Counted from the stretch's first letter, positions 48,296 to 58,841 are shown. The stretch: DNA of 64,000 nt from an uncultured delta proteobacterium (GCA_963822965.1 CAWGJT010000005.1:928001-992000), one strand, 5' to 3'. The notes: generated by a model not told the origin, from the sequence alone. Program-made: numbers and translations.

Positions 48296-48393
48296 TGTCC
48301 CGTTCCAGCCGCGCTACGGCGACGGAAGCGCAACGCAGGCAGCGGGCCGCGGGGGCGGCCGAATGCAGGCGAACTTCTGGGACGGGACACTAG
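48292..48393. mobile_element. 102-bp MITE-like element with 17-bp terminal inverted repeats and CTAG at both ends
   Basis: Left CTAGTGTCCCGTTCCAG (48292-48308) and right CTGGGACGGGACACTAG (48377-48393) match 16/17. Confidence 0.75.
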
Positions 48394-49515
48394 ATCCCCA
48401 CGAGGCCCGCCAGCCGCTCGCGGTGGTGGACGGCGTCGCCGAACAGCAGCTCGCTGGCCTTCGCGCGCTTGAAGTACAGGTGCGCGGGATGCTCCCAGGT
48501 GAAGCCCATCCCGCCGTGGATCTGGATGGTCTCGGCGGCGGCGCGGAAGTAGGCCTCCGAGCAGTAGGACTTCGCGAGCGCGGCGGACTCCGCCAGATCC
48601 GGGGCTTCCTCCGCGGCCGCGAAGCAGGCGTTGTAGGCCGCGGACTTGGCGAGCTCGACCTCCACCAGCATGTCGGCGCACTTGTGCTTGATCGCCTGGT
48701 AGGAGCCGATGGGCCGGCCGAACTGCAGCCGGGTCTTCGCGTAGTCCACGGACATCTCGAGGCACTTCTGCGCGCCGCCCACCTGCTCGGCGGCCAGCGC
48801 CGCGAGGGTCAGCGTGATCGCCCGGTCGATGGCTTCGCGTTGCGTCGGGCGCGCTCACGAGGCGCGCCGGAGCCTCCTGCAGATCGATCCGTGCGAGCTT
48901 GCGCGTCAGGTCCAGGGACGGGCACGAGCGTGCGCGTCACGCCCGCGGCGCCCGGCGTCCACCCGGAACAGCCCGAGGCCCGCGTCGGTCCTGCGCCACC
49001 ACCAGCAGCACGTCGGCCACGTGACCGTCGAGCACCCACGTCTTGGCGCCCGTCAGCGTGTGTCCGTCGGCGGAGCGCGCGGCGCGCAGGGTGACGCCGT
49101 CCAGATCCCAGCGCCCGTTGGGCTCGGCGTGGGCGACGGACACGAGGGTGCCCCCGGAAGCGATGCCCGCCAGCAGCTCCTTCCGGGTGGTCTCGTCGGC
49201 GGCGAGCATCAGCGCGTTCGCCGACGAGCACGGCGGTCCCGAGGAAGGGGAGCACAGGCGAGCGCGCGGCCCATCTCCTCCATGGCGATCAGCAGCTCGA
49301 CGTAGCCGTAGCCGGCGCCGCCGTGCTCCTCGGGAACGATCAGGCCGGCCAGCCCGAGCTGCTCGGCCATCTGCTTCCAGACGTCCGGGTCGAAGCCCCG
49401 CTCGCTGGCCATGGCGGCTGCGCACGGCCGTCTCGTCGGATCGGTTCTCGAGGAAGGCGCGGATCGTCGCGCGCAGCTCCTCGTGCTCGTCGGTGAAGCT
49501 GAAGTCGAAAGCCAT
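48390..49515 (-). CDS. Acyl-CoA dehydrogenase family protein (FadE-type partner subunit); frameshifted
   Basis: 'MAFDFSFTDEHEELR', 'VPEEHGGAG', 'YAKTR.QFGRPIGSYQAIKH' and 'IQIHGGMGFTWEH'; several shifts at about 48800-49430. Confidence 0.85.
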
Positions 49516-49561
49516 CGCTGTCTCCGTGTCTCGGTGGGTTCGCGGGCGGCGCGCCCTGCGG

Positions 49562-50791
49562 TCAGGAGCGGGGCACGTCCTTCCAGGCCACTTCCTTGTC
49601 GACGCGGGGCTCGCCGGGCAGCCCCAGCACCCGCTCGCCGAGGATGTTGCGCATGATCTCCGAGGTGCCGCCCTCGATGGAGTTCGCCCGGGAGCGCAGG
49701 AACTGGTACTTCGCGAGCGGTCGGGCGTGTCGGCGCGCGGCTGGCTCTGGCGCAGCTCGTAGCCCGCCTCGAAGGCGAGCCCGTCGCTCCCCATGCACGT
49801 CGATGGCCGTCTCCCAGAGCCGCTTGTTGAGCTCGGCGTGCGCCAGCTTCGAGACGGAGCCCTCGGGCCCCGGATTGCCGGCCTTCTGGGCCGCGCGGGC
49901 GCGCTGCGCGGTGATCCGCAGCAGCTCGCTCTCGATGTAGCAGCGCGTGATGCGGTCGCGCAGCAGCGCCTCCTGGGCCGGAGAGTGTGCGCCGGGCGTC
50001 GCGCTCCTCCCACAGCTTGCGCAGCTGCGAGACCGGGCCGCCGCCCTTCCTGCGCGAGACGCCGCCGCCGATCGCGACCCGCTCGTTCATCAGCGTCGTG
50101 ATGGCGACGCGCCAGCCCTGCCCTTCCCGCCCGAGCATGCGGTCGTGGGGAATGCGCACGTCGTTCAGGAAGACCTCGTTGAACTCGGCCTCGCCGGTGA
50201 TCTGGTAGAGGGGGCGCACCTCGACGCCCGGGGCGTGCATGTCGAGCACGAAGTACGAGAGACCGTCGTGCTTGGGAACGTCCGGGTTCGTGCGCGCCAG
50301 CAGCATGCCCCAGCGCGAGAGGTGCGCGACCGTCGTCCACACCTTCTGGCCGTTCACGACCCAGTCGTCGCCGTCGCGCACCGCGCGGGTGGAGAGGCCG
50401 GCCACGTCGGAGCCGGCGCCCGGCTCGCTGAAGAGCTGGCACCACACGTCCTCGCCCGAGAAGATGCGGGGCAGCAACGCCTTCTTCATCTCCTCGGTGC
50501 CGTAGGTGAGGACGACCGGCGCGCCCATGCCGATGCCGATGATGCTGGCGGGCGGATCGCCGTGCACGACCTTCGAGTGCTTTGCGATCTCGTCCTGGAC
50601 CACGACGTTCATCTTCGGGCTGAGCCCGAGCCCGCCGTAGCCCTTCCGGAAAGTGCACCCAGGCCAGCCCGTGCTCGTACTGCCGGCGGCGGAACGTCAC
50701 GCTGTCCGCCTGCTTCGGGGTGGATCTCGTCGAGCAGGGCGCGGGTGCGCTCGCGCAGCTCCTCTTCGCTCATCGTGCGGTGCTCGGCCAT
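49562..50791 (-). CDS. Acyl-CoA dehydrogenase family protein (FadE-type); frameshifted
   Basis: 'WCQLFSEPGAGSDVAGL', 'NGQKVWT', 'EFNEVFL' and 'RANSIEGGTSEIMRNILGERVLGLP'. Confidence 0.88.
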
Positions 50792-50931
50792 CTTCGTCCT
50801 CCCTGGCGCGGCGACGCCGGTCGCGGCGCGCGACCCACGACTCTATCGCATCCGGAAGCGGCTCCTGCTGGCACCCCCTGCCCCCTCGCGCTACGCACTC
50901 CTCCGGGCAGAGGCCCATCGAGAGGCGAACC

Positions 50932-53307
50932 CTGTCCCCCATCTTCCGCATTCGGGTCCTCCTTCCCGCCCTCGCCGGCGTCGGCCTGGTCCTGCTCGCC
51001 GGCTACCGCTGTGCCACCACCGGTCCCCTCGAGCTGCCGTCGGTTCCCGAGATACGCGCCGAGCCCGTCGACTTCGAGGCCGAGGTTCGGCCGGTGCTCG
51101 AGAGCCGCTGCGTGGTGTGCCACGCCTGCTACGACGCGCCCTGCCAGCTGCTGGCGACCTCCCATCGCGGCCTCGATCGCGGCGCCAGCAAGCAGGCCAT
51201 CTACGACGCGACCCGCCTGCGCGAGGCACCGCTCACCTGGCTCTCCTCGCAGGACGTGTCCATCGCGGACTGGCGGAGCCGAGGCTTCGTGTCGGTGCTC
51301 ACCGGCCCGAGCGGAACCGGCGACGACTCGTTGCTGGTGCGCATGCTGGCGCTCGGTCGCGCCCACGTGCTGTCGGCGGGCCAACGGCTGCCCGAGGAGC
51401 TTCCCCTCGACATCAACCGCAAGCTCTCGTGTCCCACGTCCGACGAGTTCGGCGCATACGCGCTGAGCCACCCGATGGGCGGCATGCCCTACGGCACGGC
51501 CGAGCTCAGCGACGAGGACCTCACGACCCTGGTGAGCTGGGTGCGCCAGGGCGCGCCGGGACCGCCGGCGCCGCCGCCCCTGGCACCGGCGGTCGTCCAG
51601 GAGGTCGCGCGTTGGGAGGCGCTGCTGAACGGCGAGACCGTGAAGCAGAAGGTCGCGTCGCGCTACCTGTTCGAGCACTGGGCGTTCGCGCACCTCTACT
51701 TCGAGCACGACTCCCCGGACCGCCCCGGACCGTACTTCCGCATCGTGCGATCGCAGACGCCACCGGGCGAGCCGGTTCGCGAGATCGTCAGCCGACGCGC
51801 CTGGGACGACCCCGGCGTTCCGCGCTTCTGGTACCGCCTCGCGCCGATCCACGGAACGATCGTCCACAAGACCCACATCGTCTATCCGCTGAGCGACCGG
51901 CGCATGGACCGGATCGTGCAGCTCTTCTTCGCGAGCGACTGGGAGCCTACGCGCCTGCCGGCGTACGGCCGCGCGGGAGCGAACCCGTTCACGACCTTCG
52001 ACGAGATTCCCGCCCGTTCGCGCTACGAGTTCATGCTCGACGACGCGCGCTACTTCGTGATGACCTTCATCCGCGGGCCCGTGTGCCGCGGGCAGGTGGC
52101 CGTCGACGTCATCCAGGATCACTTCTTCATCGCCTTCCTCGATCCCGACCGGGACGCGTCGGTGGTGGATCCGCGCTTCCTGCAGCGAACGAAGGAGCTG
52201 CTCGCCCTCCCCGCCGAGGACGACGACCCCACGGTGCTCGCCACCTGGACGCGCATCGCCCGCAGCCAGAAGCGCTATCTCGACGAACGAGAGCGCTACT
52301 TCGACCAGGCGGACCCCGAGCAGAAGGGACCCGCCCTCGACTGGGTGTGGGACGGCGACGGCCACGACCGGAACGCCATGCTCACCGTGATGCGCCACTT
52401 CGACAACGCCAACGTGCGCTACGGCTGGGTGGGCCCGATTCCGAAGACCGCCTGGATCATCGACTACCCGATCTTCGAGCGGATCTACTACGACCTGGTG
52501 GTGAACTTCGACGTCTTCGGAAGCCTGAGCCACCAGGTCTCGACCCGGCTCTACATGGACCATCTCCGCATGCAGGCCGAGCTGACCTACCTGGCGCTGC
52601 TCCCCGCCGACCGCCGCAAGCAGATCCGGGCGTCCTGGTACATCGGCGCCACGCACGAGATCGACTTCTGGGTGTCGCGGCTGCGCACCCTCGACCACGG
52701 CACCCAGGTGCACTTCGACTCCTCGGATCCGCACGAAGAGCTGATCACGAAGATCCTCGACTACAACGCGGCCGTCTCGCTGCCCGTCGACGCCCTGAAC
52801 CGCTGCCTGGAGGACGGCTGCCCGAGGCCAGTGGCGAGCGACCTCGAGCGACGCGCGGACACCCTGCTGCGGCCGCTCACCTGGCGCGAGGGAGGCTTCG
52901 CGGCGCAGCTCCCGGAGGCGTCGCTGCTGCGCGTGCGCAGCGACGGTCCGGATCGCGACGCGGTCTACACCCTGGTCGCCAACCGCGCGCACACGAACGT
53001 GGCGTCGATGTTCGGCGAGGCCGACCGGCGCCTGCCCGATCACGATCGGCTGATGCTCGTCCCCGGGTTCACGGGCAGCTATCCCAACTTCGCCTTCGAC
53101 GTGCCGATCGGCGAGCTGAACGAGTTCACCATCCGCCTCGCCGGCGCCGACACCCCCGAGACGATGATCGCCGTCGCCGACCGCTGGGGTGTCCGCCGCA
53201 GCGCGGACGACTTCTGGCAGACGATCGACTGGTTCAGCGCGGAGTTCCGCCGGCAGGAGCCCGTGGAGACCGGGCTCTTCGACCTACAGCGCTACGGCAA
53301 CCTCTGA
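50932..53307 (+). CDS. cti: Fatty acid cis/trans isomerase (heme c)
   Basis: 'RCVVCHACYDAPCQL..S..G.DRGASK', 'GMPYG', 'RYLFEHW..AHLYF', 'FIRGPVCRGQVA', 'GSYPNF' and 'GLFDLQRYGNL'. Start codon uncertain (CTG 50932). Confidence 0.9.
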   Translation: MSPIFRIRVLLPALAGVGLVLLAGYRCATTGPLELPSVPEIRAEPVDFEAEVRPVLESRCVVCHACYDAPCQLLATSHRGLDRGASKQAIYDATRLREAPLTWLSSQDVSIADWRSRGFVSVLTGPSGTGDDSLLVRMLALGRAHVLSAGQRLPEELPLDINRKLSCPTSDEFGAYALSHPMGGMPYGTAELSDEDLTTLVSWVRQGAPGPPAPPPLAPAVVQEVARWEALLNGETVKQKVASRYLFEHWAFAHLYFEHDSPDRPGPYFRIVRSQTPPGEPVREIVSRRAWDDPGVPRFWYRLAPIHGTIVHKTHIVYPLSDRRMDRIVQLFFASDWEPTRLPAYGRAGANPFTTFDEIPARSRYEFMLDDARYFVMTFIRGPVCRGQVAVDVIQDHFFIAFLDPDRDASVVDPRFLQRTKELLALPAEDDDPTVLATWTRIARSQKRYLDERERYFDQADPEQKGPALDWVWDGDGHDRNAMLTVMRHFDNANVRYGWVGPIPKTAWIIDYPIFERIYYDLVVNFDVFGSLSHQVSTRLYMDHLRMQAELTYLALLPADRRKQIRASWYIGATHEIDFWVSRLRTLDHGTQVHFDSSDPHEELITKILDYNAAVSLPVDALNRCLEDGCPRPVASDLERRADTLLRPLTWREGGFAAQLPEASLLRVRSDGPDRDAVYTLVANRAHTNVASMFGEADRRLPDHDRLMLVPGFTGSYPNFAFDVPIGELNEFTIRLAGADTPETMIAVADRWGVRRSADDFWQTIDWFSAEFRRQEPVETGLFDLQRYGNL

Positions 53308-54674
53308 AGCCGGCCCCGCCGCTGGATCTCCCGCCCCAGCAGCCACAGTCGATCCTGGCCCCACAGCGCGAGGTCGGGCTCGCCCGCGGGTCCCTGCAGG
53401 CGAAAGCTGGGGACGCCCCAGAGCCCCATCTCGTACATGGCGAGGCGGTTCGCCTCGAGCTCCGGCTCCCAGGCCGGGTCGTCCAGGTGCGGGCGCGCCG
53501 CCTGCCAGTCGAGCCCCGCCCGCTCGACCACGTGACGCATACCGGTGTCGCTTCCGGTATCGCGGCCCTCGGCGAAGGCCGCGCGGAGGAAGGCGGCGAG
53601 CAGCTCGGCGCCGCGGCCCTGGTCGCGCGCGAACGGCCACAGCGAGTATCCCCGCCGCACCGGCCTCCCGATGGGGTCCAGGAAGCTCCCGAACGGAACC
53701 CCGAGGGTCTCCGCCTCCCGCAGGGTGTCGCGGAAGATGTAGATGCCCTTGCGGAAGGTGACCGGAACGCCCCGCATCACCATCGGCAGCACGGGACGCA
53801 CGTGCAGCGGAACCCCCGTCGCGCGAGCGAGCTCGACCGCCTTCTCGAAGCCGATCGCGGTGTAGGGGCTGCGCAGCGAGGGAAAGACCTCGAGGCTCAG
53901 CTCGCCAGCGCGCGGGACGGGCTGCATCGGGATGGCGGGACGCGGATAGCGCTGGCCGCCCCCGGAACGCGCGACCCCGAGGTCGCGCAGGCGGGCCTCC
54001 AGGTGGTACAGCCGGTCGACCCCCCAGTACCACTCCCCCGCGTAGTAGAAGGTGGCGCTCGAGTAGTGGCCGAGCTTCCGCCGCAGGGCCTGCCCCGCCG
54101 CCAGCACCCCGCGAAGCGCCGCCTCGCTCGCCAGCTCGCCCCCCGCCACCGCCTGCTCGAGGCCCGCGACGTCGCCCGACCACAGGCGCTCGCCCAGGCG
54201 GACCGCCGTGTCGGCGAAGCGCTCCGGCTTCACCGCTGCGAGGACACGCTCGGCGCGCTCGACCGCGGCGGCGCCCGGTGTCACGGGCTTCTCGGGAAAC
54301 GCGAGGCCGTAGTGCGGCGCCACCCACGCCGCGTCCCGGCAGGCGAGGGACGCCAGCAGCTCGGGCTCGGGCAGGTTCGGCCCGCGCTCGCTGCCCACGA
54401 GGTGGGGCACGAGCTCGACCGCGTACGCGTCACCCAGTGCCGCGAGCGTCTGGGCGGCGAGATGCGAGTAGGGATCGTCGACCTGGTGGAAGTAGTGGAC
54501 CCGATGCGGGGCCCGGCGGAGCCGGCGGCCCAGCTCGTGCCCGCGCCGGGAGAGCGTCCGCGCGGCGGGGCTCGCGACGGCGCGGACCACCCGGCTGCTG
54601 ATCCGCCGCAGCAGCGGACTCATGTCGTTGCGACTCGCCCTCGCCGCGGCACGATCCGATCCGGACTCCGTCAT
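53292..54674 (-). CDS. DsbA/2-hydroxychromene-2-carboxylate isomerase-like protein with two thioredoxin-fold units
   Basis: 'YFHQVDDPYSHL...YWGVDRL' and 'FPSLRSPYT...RPVLPMVMRG...GLWGVPSF...WGQDRL'. Start 54674 or 54623. Confidence 0.82.
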   Translation of the reverse strand: MTESGSDRAAARASRNDMSPLLRRISSRVVRAVASPAARTLSRRGHELGRRLRRAPHRVHYFHQVDDPYSHLAAQTLAALGDAYAVELVPHLVGSERGPNLPEPELLASLACRDAAWVAPHYGLAFPEKPVTPGAAAVERAERVLAAVKPERFADTAVRLGERLWSGDVAGLEQAVAGGELASEAALRGVLAAGQALRRKLGHYSSATFYYAGEWYWGVDRLYHLEARLRDLGVARSGGGQRYPRPAIPMQPVPRAGELSLEVFPSLRSPYTAIGFEKAVELARATGVPLHVRPVLPMVMRGVPVTFRKGIYIFRDTLREAETLGVPFGSFLDPIGRPVRRGYSLWPFARDQGRGAELLAAFLRAAFAEGRDTGSDTGMRHVVERAGLDWQAARPHLDDPAWEPELEANRLAMYEMGLWGVPSFRLQGPAGEPDLALWGQDRLWLLGREIQRRGRLQRLP

Positions 54675-56242
54675 CGGCGCGTCCGCTCCCGCAGACGCGC
54701 GGCCCGTTCGGAATCTCCCAGCCGCTCGGACAGCATGGCCGCCCACTCCACGAGCCGCGGGTTGTCCGGCTCCAGCGCCAGCACACGCTCCTGGGCGTCC
54801 TCCGCAGCCTCGGGATCGCCCAGCCGGGCCTGCAGGACTGCGATCTGGCCCCAGGTCCGGGCGGTGGGCAGCAGCTGGGCGCTGCGCTGGTAGTGGGCGA
54901 GCGCGGGCGCGTAGCGCTTCGCGTCCACGAGTCGTTCGGCGACGCGGTCGTGGGCGTTCGCCGGATCCCGCCCCAGCCAGGCGAGCCGCTCGAGGATGGC
55001 GGCGGCCTGGCCCGCGTCCCCCCGCTCGAGCGCCCTCGGCAGCAGCCAGCTCTCCTGGACGAAGACGAAGACCGCCGCCACCGCGCACGCGCCCGCAAGG
55101 CCCCACGTGCCGGCGCGGAGCCGGCCGCGCGACGAAGGCGCGACGGCATCGTCGTTCGCGCCACTCGCGATCAGCACCCGGGCGATGCGCGAGCTGCGGA
55201 GCTTCCAGATGGCACCGTCGAGAACGAAGTGATGGATGTTGACCACCGAGGCCACCAGGAACGCCATGCCGGCTTCGTAGCTCGGCGCACCGAACGGTCG
55301 CGAGGCCATGAGCACCACCGGCAGCGTCCAGACGAGAGCGCCGGCGGCCAGGGTCTTGCCGAACCAGGGCAGCATTCCCCGCCAGTCGCCGCCGGCCCGA
55401 GCGTAGTAGCTCGTCACCCAGAGGTACTGGACCGCGTGGCCCACGGCGATCCAGACCAGGAAGGCGCCGAGGGAATTCGCGGCGAGGGGCGCCACGCCCG
55501 CGAAGAGGTGCCAGTGCAGCGACGCCGCGGGCAGCGCGAACCACAGCGCCTGGGTGAGCATCAGCAGCCCGGTGGGCAGCAGGTCGGCGGGCCGGGCCTG
55601 GCGTCCGATCAACGCGAGCGCCACGAGCGACGCCGCCGCCCAGGCCAGCGCCAGCACCGGAACGAGCACACCGCTGCCGGGGATGCCGATCGGCACGAAG
55701 TGCAGGGTCGGACCGGCCTGCGGCAGCGACCGCGCGCTCGCCCACACGGAGGACTCGTGGATCACGCAGAACGTGAGGGCGAAGGAGAGGACGAACGAGG
55801 CGTAGAGCCAGCGCTTCGGTGCGCCCACCACCGGCACGCCGCGGCGACGCAGGAACATCACCGCGAGGCCGTAGTTCTGTCCCGTGTAGTGCCAGGGGCT
55901 CCAGGTGAGGTAGACGGTCAGCAGCAGCGACCCGACGGCGACGTCGTACGCGCCGATCCCGAAGGCGACCACCAGGGCGATCGTCGTGTACACGCTGAAG
56001 AGCGCGTAGGCCCGGCGGTCGTTCCGGTGCTCGTAGACGCGCACCAGGGTGGCGCCATAGTGGGGCAGGCTCAGGAAGAGCGCGCAGGCGGGGGCGAGCC
56101 ATGCCGGAGCCGTCTCGAGGAACCAGCCGCCGGCCCCCGCGAAGACCGCGAAGAGCACGACGTAGAGGAGCCCGCACCCGAGGAGCAGATCGGGAGCCGG
56201 CCCGAAGAGCCAGCGATTCGACGGAGGGGACGCCGCGGTCAT
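54671..56242 (-). CDS. Polytopic membrane protein with four His motifs and C-terminal TPR
   Basis: 'LPHYGATL', 'PWHYTGQNYG', 'GHAVQYL' and 'IHHFVLDGAIWKLR'; C-term TPR 'ALAHYQRSAQL.P...VLALEPDN'. Confidence 0.75.
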   Translation of the reverse strand: MTAASPPSNRWLFGPAPDLLLGCGLLYVVLFAVFAGAGGWFLETAPAWLAPACALFLSLPHYGATLVRVYEHRNDRRAYALFSVYTTIALVVAFGIGAYDVAVGSLLLTVYLTWSPWHYTGQNYGLAVMFLRRRGVPVVGAPKRWLYASFVLSFALTFCVIHESSVWASARSLPQAGPTLHFVPIGIPGSGVLVPVLALAWAAASLVALALIGRQARPADLLPTGLLMLTQALWFALPAASLHWHLFAGVAPLAANSLGAFLVWIAVGHAVQYLWVTSYYARAGGDWRGMLPWFGKTLAAGALVWTLPVVLMASRPFGAPSYEAGMAFLVASVVNIHHFVLDGAIWKLRSSRIARVLIASGANDDAVAPSSRGRLRAGTWGLAGACAVAAVFVFVQESWLLPRALERGDAGQAAAILERLAWLGRDPANAHDRVAERLVDAKRYAPALAHYQRSAQLLPTARTWGQIAVLQARLGDPEAAEDAQERVLALEPDNPRLVEWAAMLSERLGDSERAARLRERTRR

Positions 56243-56290
56243 CGGAGAGCCATCATCGCACAGGGACGAAGCCCCGGGGAAGCGCGTCCC

Positions 56291-58744
56291 TCAGGCGGCC
56301 TCGGACAGGGCCACTTCCGCCCCCTCGCCCGCTCCCTCCGGCCCGAAGGGACGGAACGTGAGGACCAGGGCGGGCATCAGCAGGAAGTCGGCGACGAGTG
56401 CCGTCACGATGGTGGTGGCCAGCAGGACGCCGAAGGTGGCCTGGCTGTCGAGCAGGGAGAAGACCAGGACGCCGAAGCCCAGCACCAGGGCGACCGACGT
56501 CACCAGCAACGCCCGGCCCACCCCCTGCAGCGACGCGTAGAGCGCATCCTCGTAGCGACCGAGCCGACGGAACTCGTGGCGGTAGCGCGAGACCAGGTGG
56601 ATCGTATCGTCCACGGCGATGCCCATGGCCACCGCCGCAATCGACACTTTGTTGTAGTCCAGCGGGATTCCCGCGAAGCCCATGACACCCAGGGTGAGCA
56701 GCACCGGAGACAGATTCGGCAGCATCGAGATGAGGCCGGTCTTCCAGGACGCGAAGAGCAGGCACATCATGACGGCGATCACCGAGAACGCCACCGCGAA
56801 TCCCTGGACCTGACTCCACACGATGTAGTCCAGCAGCTTCAGCCACAGGGCGCCGATCCCGGTGAGGGTCATGGTCGAGGCCTCGAGGGGATGCTCGGCG
56901 AGCTCGGCCCGCAGGTCGCGCACGAGGTTCGCCGTGGCGCTCGTCATCGCCAGCTGGAGCCGCAGCTCGAGCGGAGCTCGGCGATAGTCCGGCGACACGT
57001 ACTCGTCGCTCTCCCCGCCGCCCGCGCTCTCGTAGAGCAGCAGGTACTGGGCCACCAGCTCGCGCGACTCCGGAAGCCGATACCAGGCGGGATCGTCCTC
57101 GTGAAAGGTCTGGTTCAGGTCCTTCAGGATGTCCACGAGCGAGTACGACTTGCGCACGAGGTCCCCGTTGCCGTCGGCCCAGCGTTGCACCCGGTCGATG
57201 TCCCGAAGCACCGCGGGGTTCTGGATCGACTCGGGCGCACCACCGTCGAAGAGCAGGATGAGGTTCGTGACACCGCCCATCACCTCGTCCACGTGGAGCG
57301 TGATCGCCTTGAGGGGCATGCGGTCGGAGAAGTCGTCGAGCCAGTTCGAGTCCACGACGAGCCGGGTCATCCCCGCGATCGAGAGGGCGAAGACCGCCCC
57401 GAAGGAGAAGAGGATCGCGACCCGGCGACGGATGACCCAGCTCGCCACGGCATGCAGGGCCCCCTGCATCCAGGCGCCTCCCTTCGCGGCGAGCTCCTGG
57501 TCCCGGGTGGCCCGGCGCCGGGAGACCCGCCTCCCGAAGGAGAGGAAGGCCATCAGCAGGGTGAAGGAGAGCACGAACGCCGCCATCACACCGAAGGCGT
57601 TGTAGACCGCCATGTGGGCGATGCTCTTGATGGGAACGAAGCTCATGGCCAAGAAGCCCGCGGCGGTGGTGAGGCTGGTGAGCAGGCAGGGCGTGCCCAC
57701 CAGGGAGAGCGTGTCGACCAGGGCCGCGCGCCGGTCGCCCGTCTCGGCAAAGCGCGAGCGGAACTCCGACAGGATGTGCACCGAGTGGGCGACGCCGATG
57801 GCCGTGAGCAGGGTGGGCGCGCTGCTGAAGCTGAGGTCCAGCTTCCAACCGACGAGCGCCACGAAGGCCACGCACAACACGACGCTCAGCTGCACCACGA
57901 GGATCGGGCCGATGACGCCCACGAACGACCGGAAGGCCAGCAGCAGCAGGATCGCGATGACCCCGGACGTCAGCCCCTGCAGCAGGGCGCTCTCCTGCCC
58001 GATCACCCGGTTGTAGGCGGCGTTCATCGGGACGTCGCCCGAGTGGTAGAAGTGGATGCCCGCGTACTCGGGCCGCGACAGGATCTCCTCGATGGCCGTG
58101 TCCGTGGGCTGCGGATAGAGGTTCTCGAGCCCGTCCCCCGCGTCGGCATCCAGGCGGATCTGGTCGAGCGGGTCCGTGCTCGAGCGATCCATCTCGACGA
58201 TGATGGCGGCGTGGTGGGCGTCGGCGCTGAGCAGACCGCCCACGAAGAGGGGCTTGGCGAGATAGCGGTCGCGCAGGGCCAGCAGCTCGTCCTGGCTCTC
58301 GGGGAGGTCGTCCTCGAGCTTGCGGATCTCGATGCCGCCCGGCACACCCACCATCAGCTCGGCGTTCGCGAGGCTCTCCACCTCGTAGACGAAGGGCACC
58401 TCGTCCTCGAGGGCTTTGGTGAGGTGCACGATCCGGCGCATGACGTCGAGGTTCCACGGACCGTGCTCGAATCCCGGCGCGTCGTAGAGGATGTACGAGA
58501 CCTCGTCGGACCCGAAGTCCTCGCGGTACTGCTCGTAGGCGCGGTAGGCGGGATCGCCCGGGTCGAAGTAGGCCTCGTAGCTGTTGTCGACCCGTGCCCG
58601 GGACGCCAGGAAGAGGCCGGCCCCGAGGACGAGCCCGGCCGCCCCCAACACGGACCAGCGATGGTCGTATGACCAGCCGCCGATCCTCGCGAACGCGTCG
58701 TTCATGCTCTGCACGACAGCGCCGCGCGGTGTGGGCTCTGCCAT
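56291..58744 (-). CDS. MMPL/RND family transporter
   Basis: Two repeats of periplasmic loop plus TMs; 'AIGVAHSVH', 'GIAVDDTIH' and 'LTSLTTAAGF'. Confidence 0.9.
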   Translation of the reverse strand: MAEPTPRGAVVQSMNDAFARIGGWSYDHRWSVLGAAGLVLGAGLFLASRARVDNSYEAYFDPGDPAYRAYEQYREDFGSDEVSYILYDAPGFEHGPWNLDVMRRIVHLTKALEDEVPFVYEVESLANAELMVGVPGGIEIRKLEDDLPESQDELLALRDRYLAKPLFVGGLLSADAHHAAIIVEMDRSSTDPLDQIRLDADAGDGLENLYPQPTDTAIEEILSRPEYAGIHFYHSGDVPMNAAYNRVIGQESALLQGLTSGVIAILLLLAFRSFVGVIGPILVVQLSVVLCVAFVALVGWKLDLSFSSAPTLLTAIGVAHSVHILSEFRSRFAETGDRRAALVDTLSLVGTPCLLTSLTTAAGFLAMSFVPIKSIAHMAVYNAFGVMAAFVLSFTLLMAFLSFGRRVSRRRATRDQELAAKGGAWMQGALHAVASWVIRRRVAILFSFGAVFALSIAGMTRLVVDSNWLDDFSDRMPLKAITLHVDEVMGGVTNLILLFDGGAPESIQNPAVLRDIDRVQRWADGNGDLVRKSYSLVDILKDLNQTFHEDDPAWYRLPESRELVAQYLLLYESAGGGESDEYVSPDYRRAPLELRLQLAMTSATANLVRDLRAELAEHPLEASTMTLTGIGALWLKLLDYIVWSQVQGFAVAFSVIAVMMCLLFASWKTGLISMLPNLSPVLLTLGVMGFAGIPLDYNKVSIAAVAMGIAVDDTIHLVSRYRHEFRRLGRYEDALYASLQGVGRALLVTSVALVLGFGVLVFSLLDSQATFGVLLATTIVTALVADFLLMPALVLTFRPFGPEGAGEGAEVALSEAA

Positions 58745-58841
58745 CCGGGTGCTCCTCGTGCCCTTCCAGCGGGACGCCGGGCACACCCGGCAGCCGCCGG
58801 GGATGCTACGGTCGGCGCGTCCGACCCGAATGGAGTCTCTC

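Noticed and set aside
42097..48393. Very long alternative-frame and antisense ORFs (also 49947-54893, 54893-58672, 17880-21962, 22653-25751, 13263-16298 and others)
   Set aside because: Shadow ORFs expected in high-GC DNA. They overlap well-supported genes and have Arg/Pro/Gly-rich, motif-free translations.
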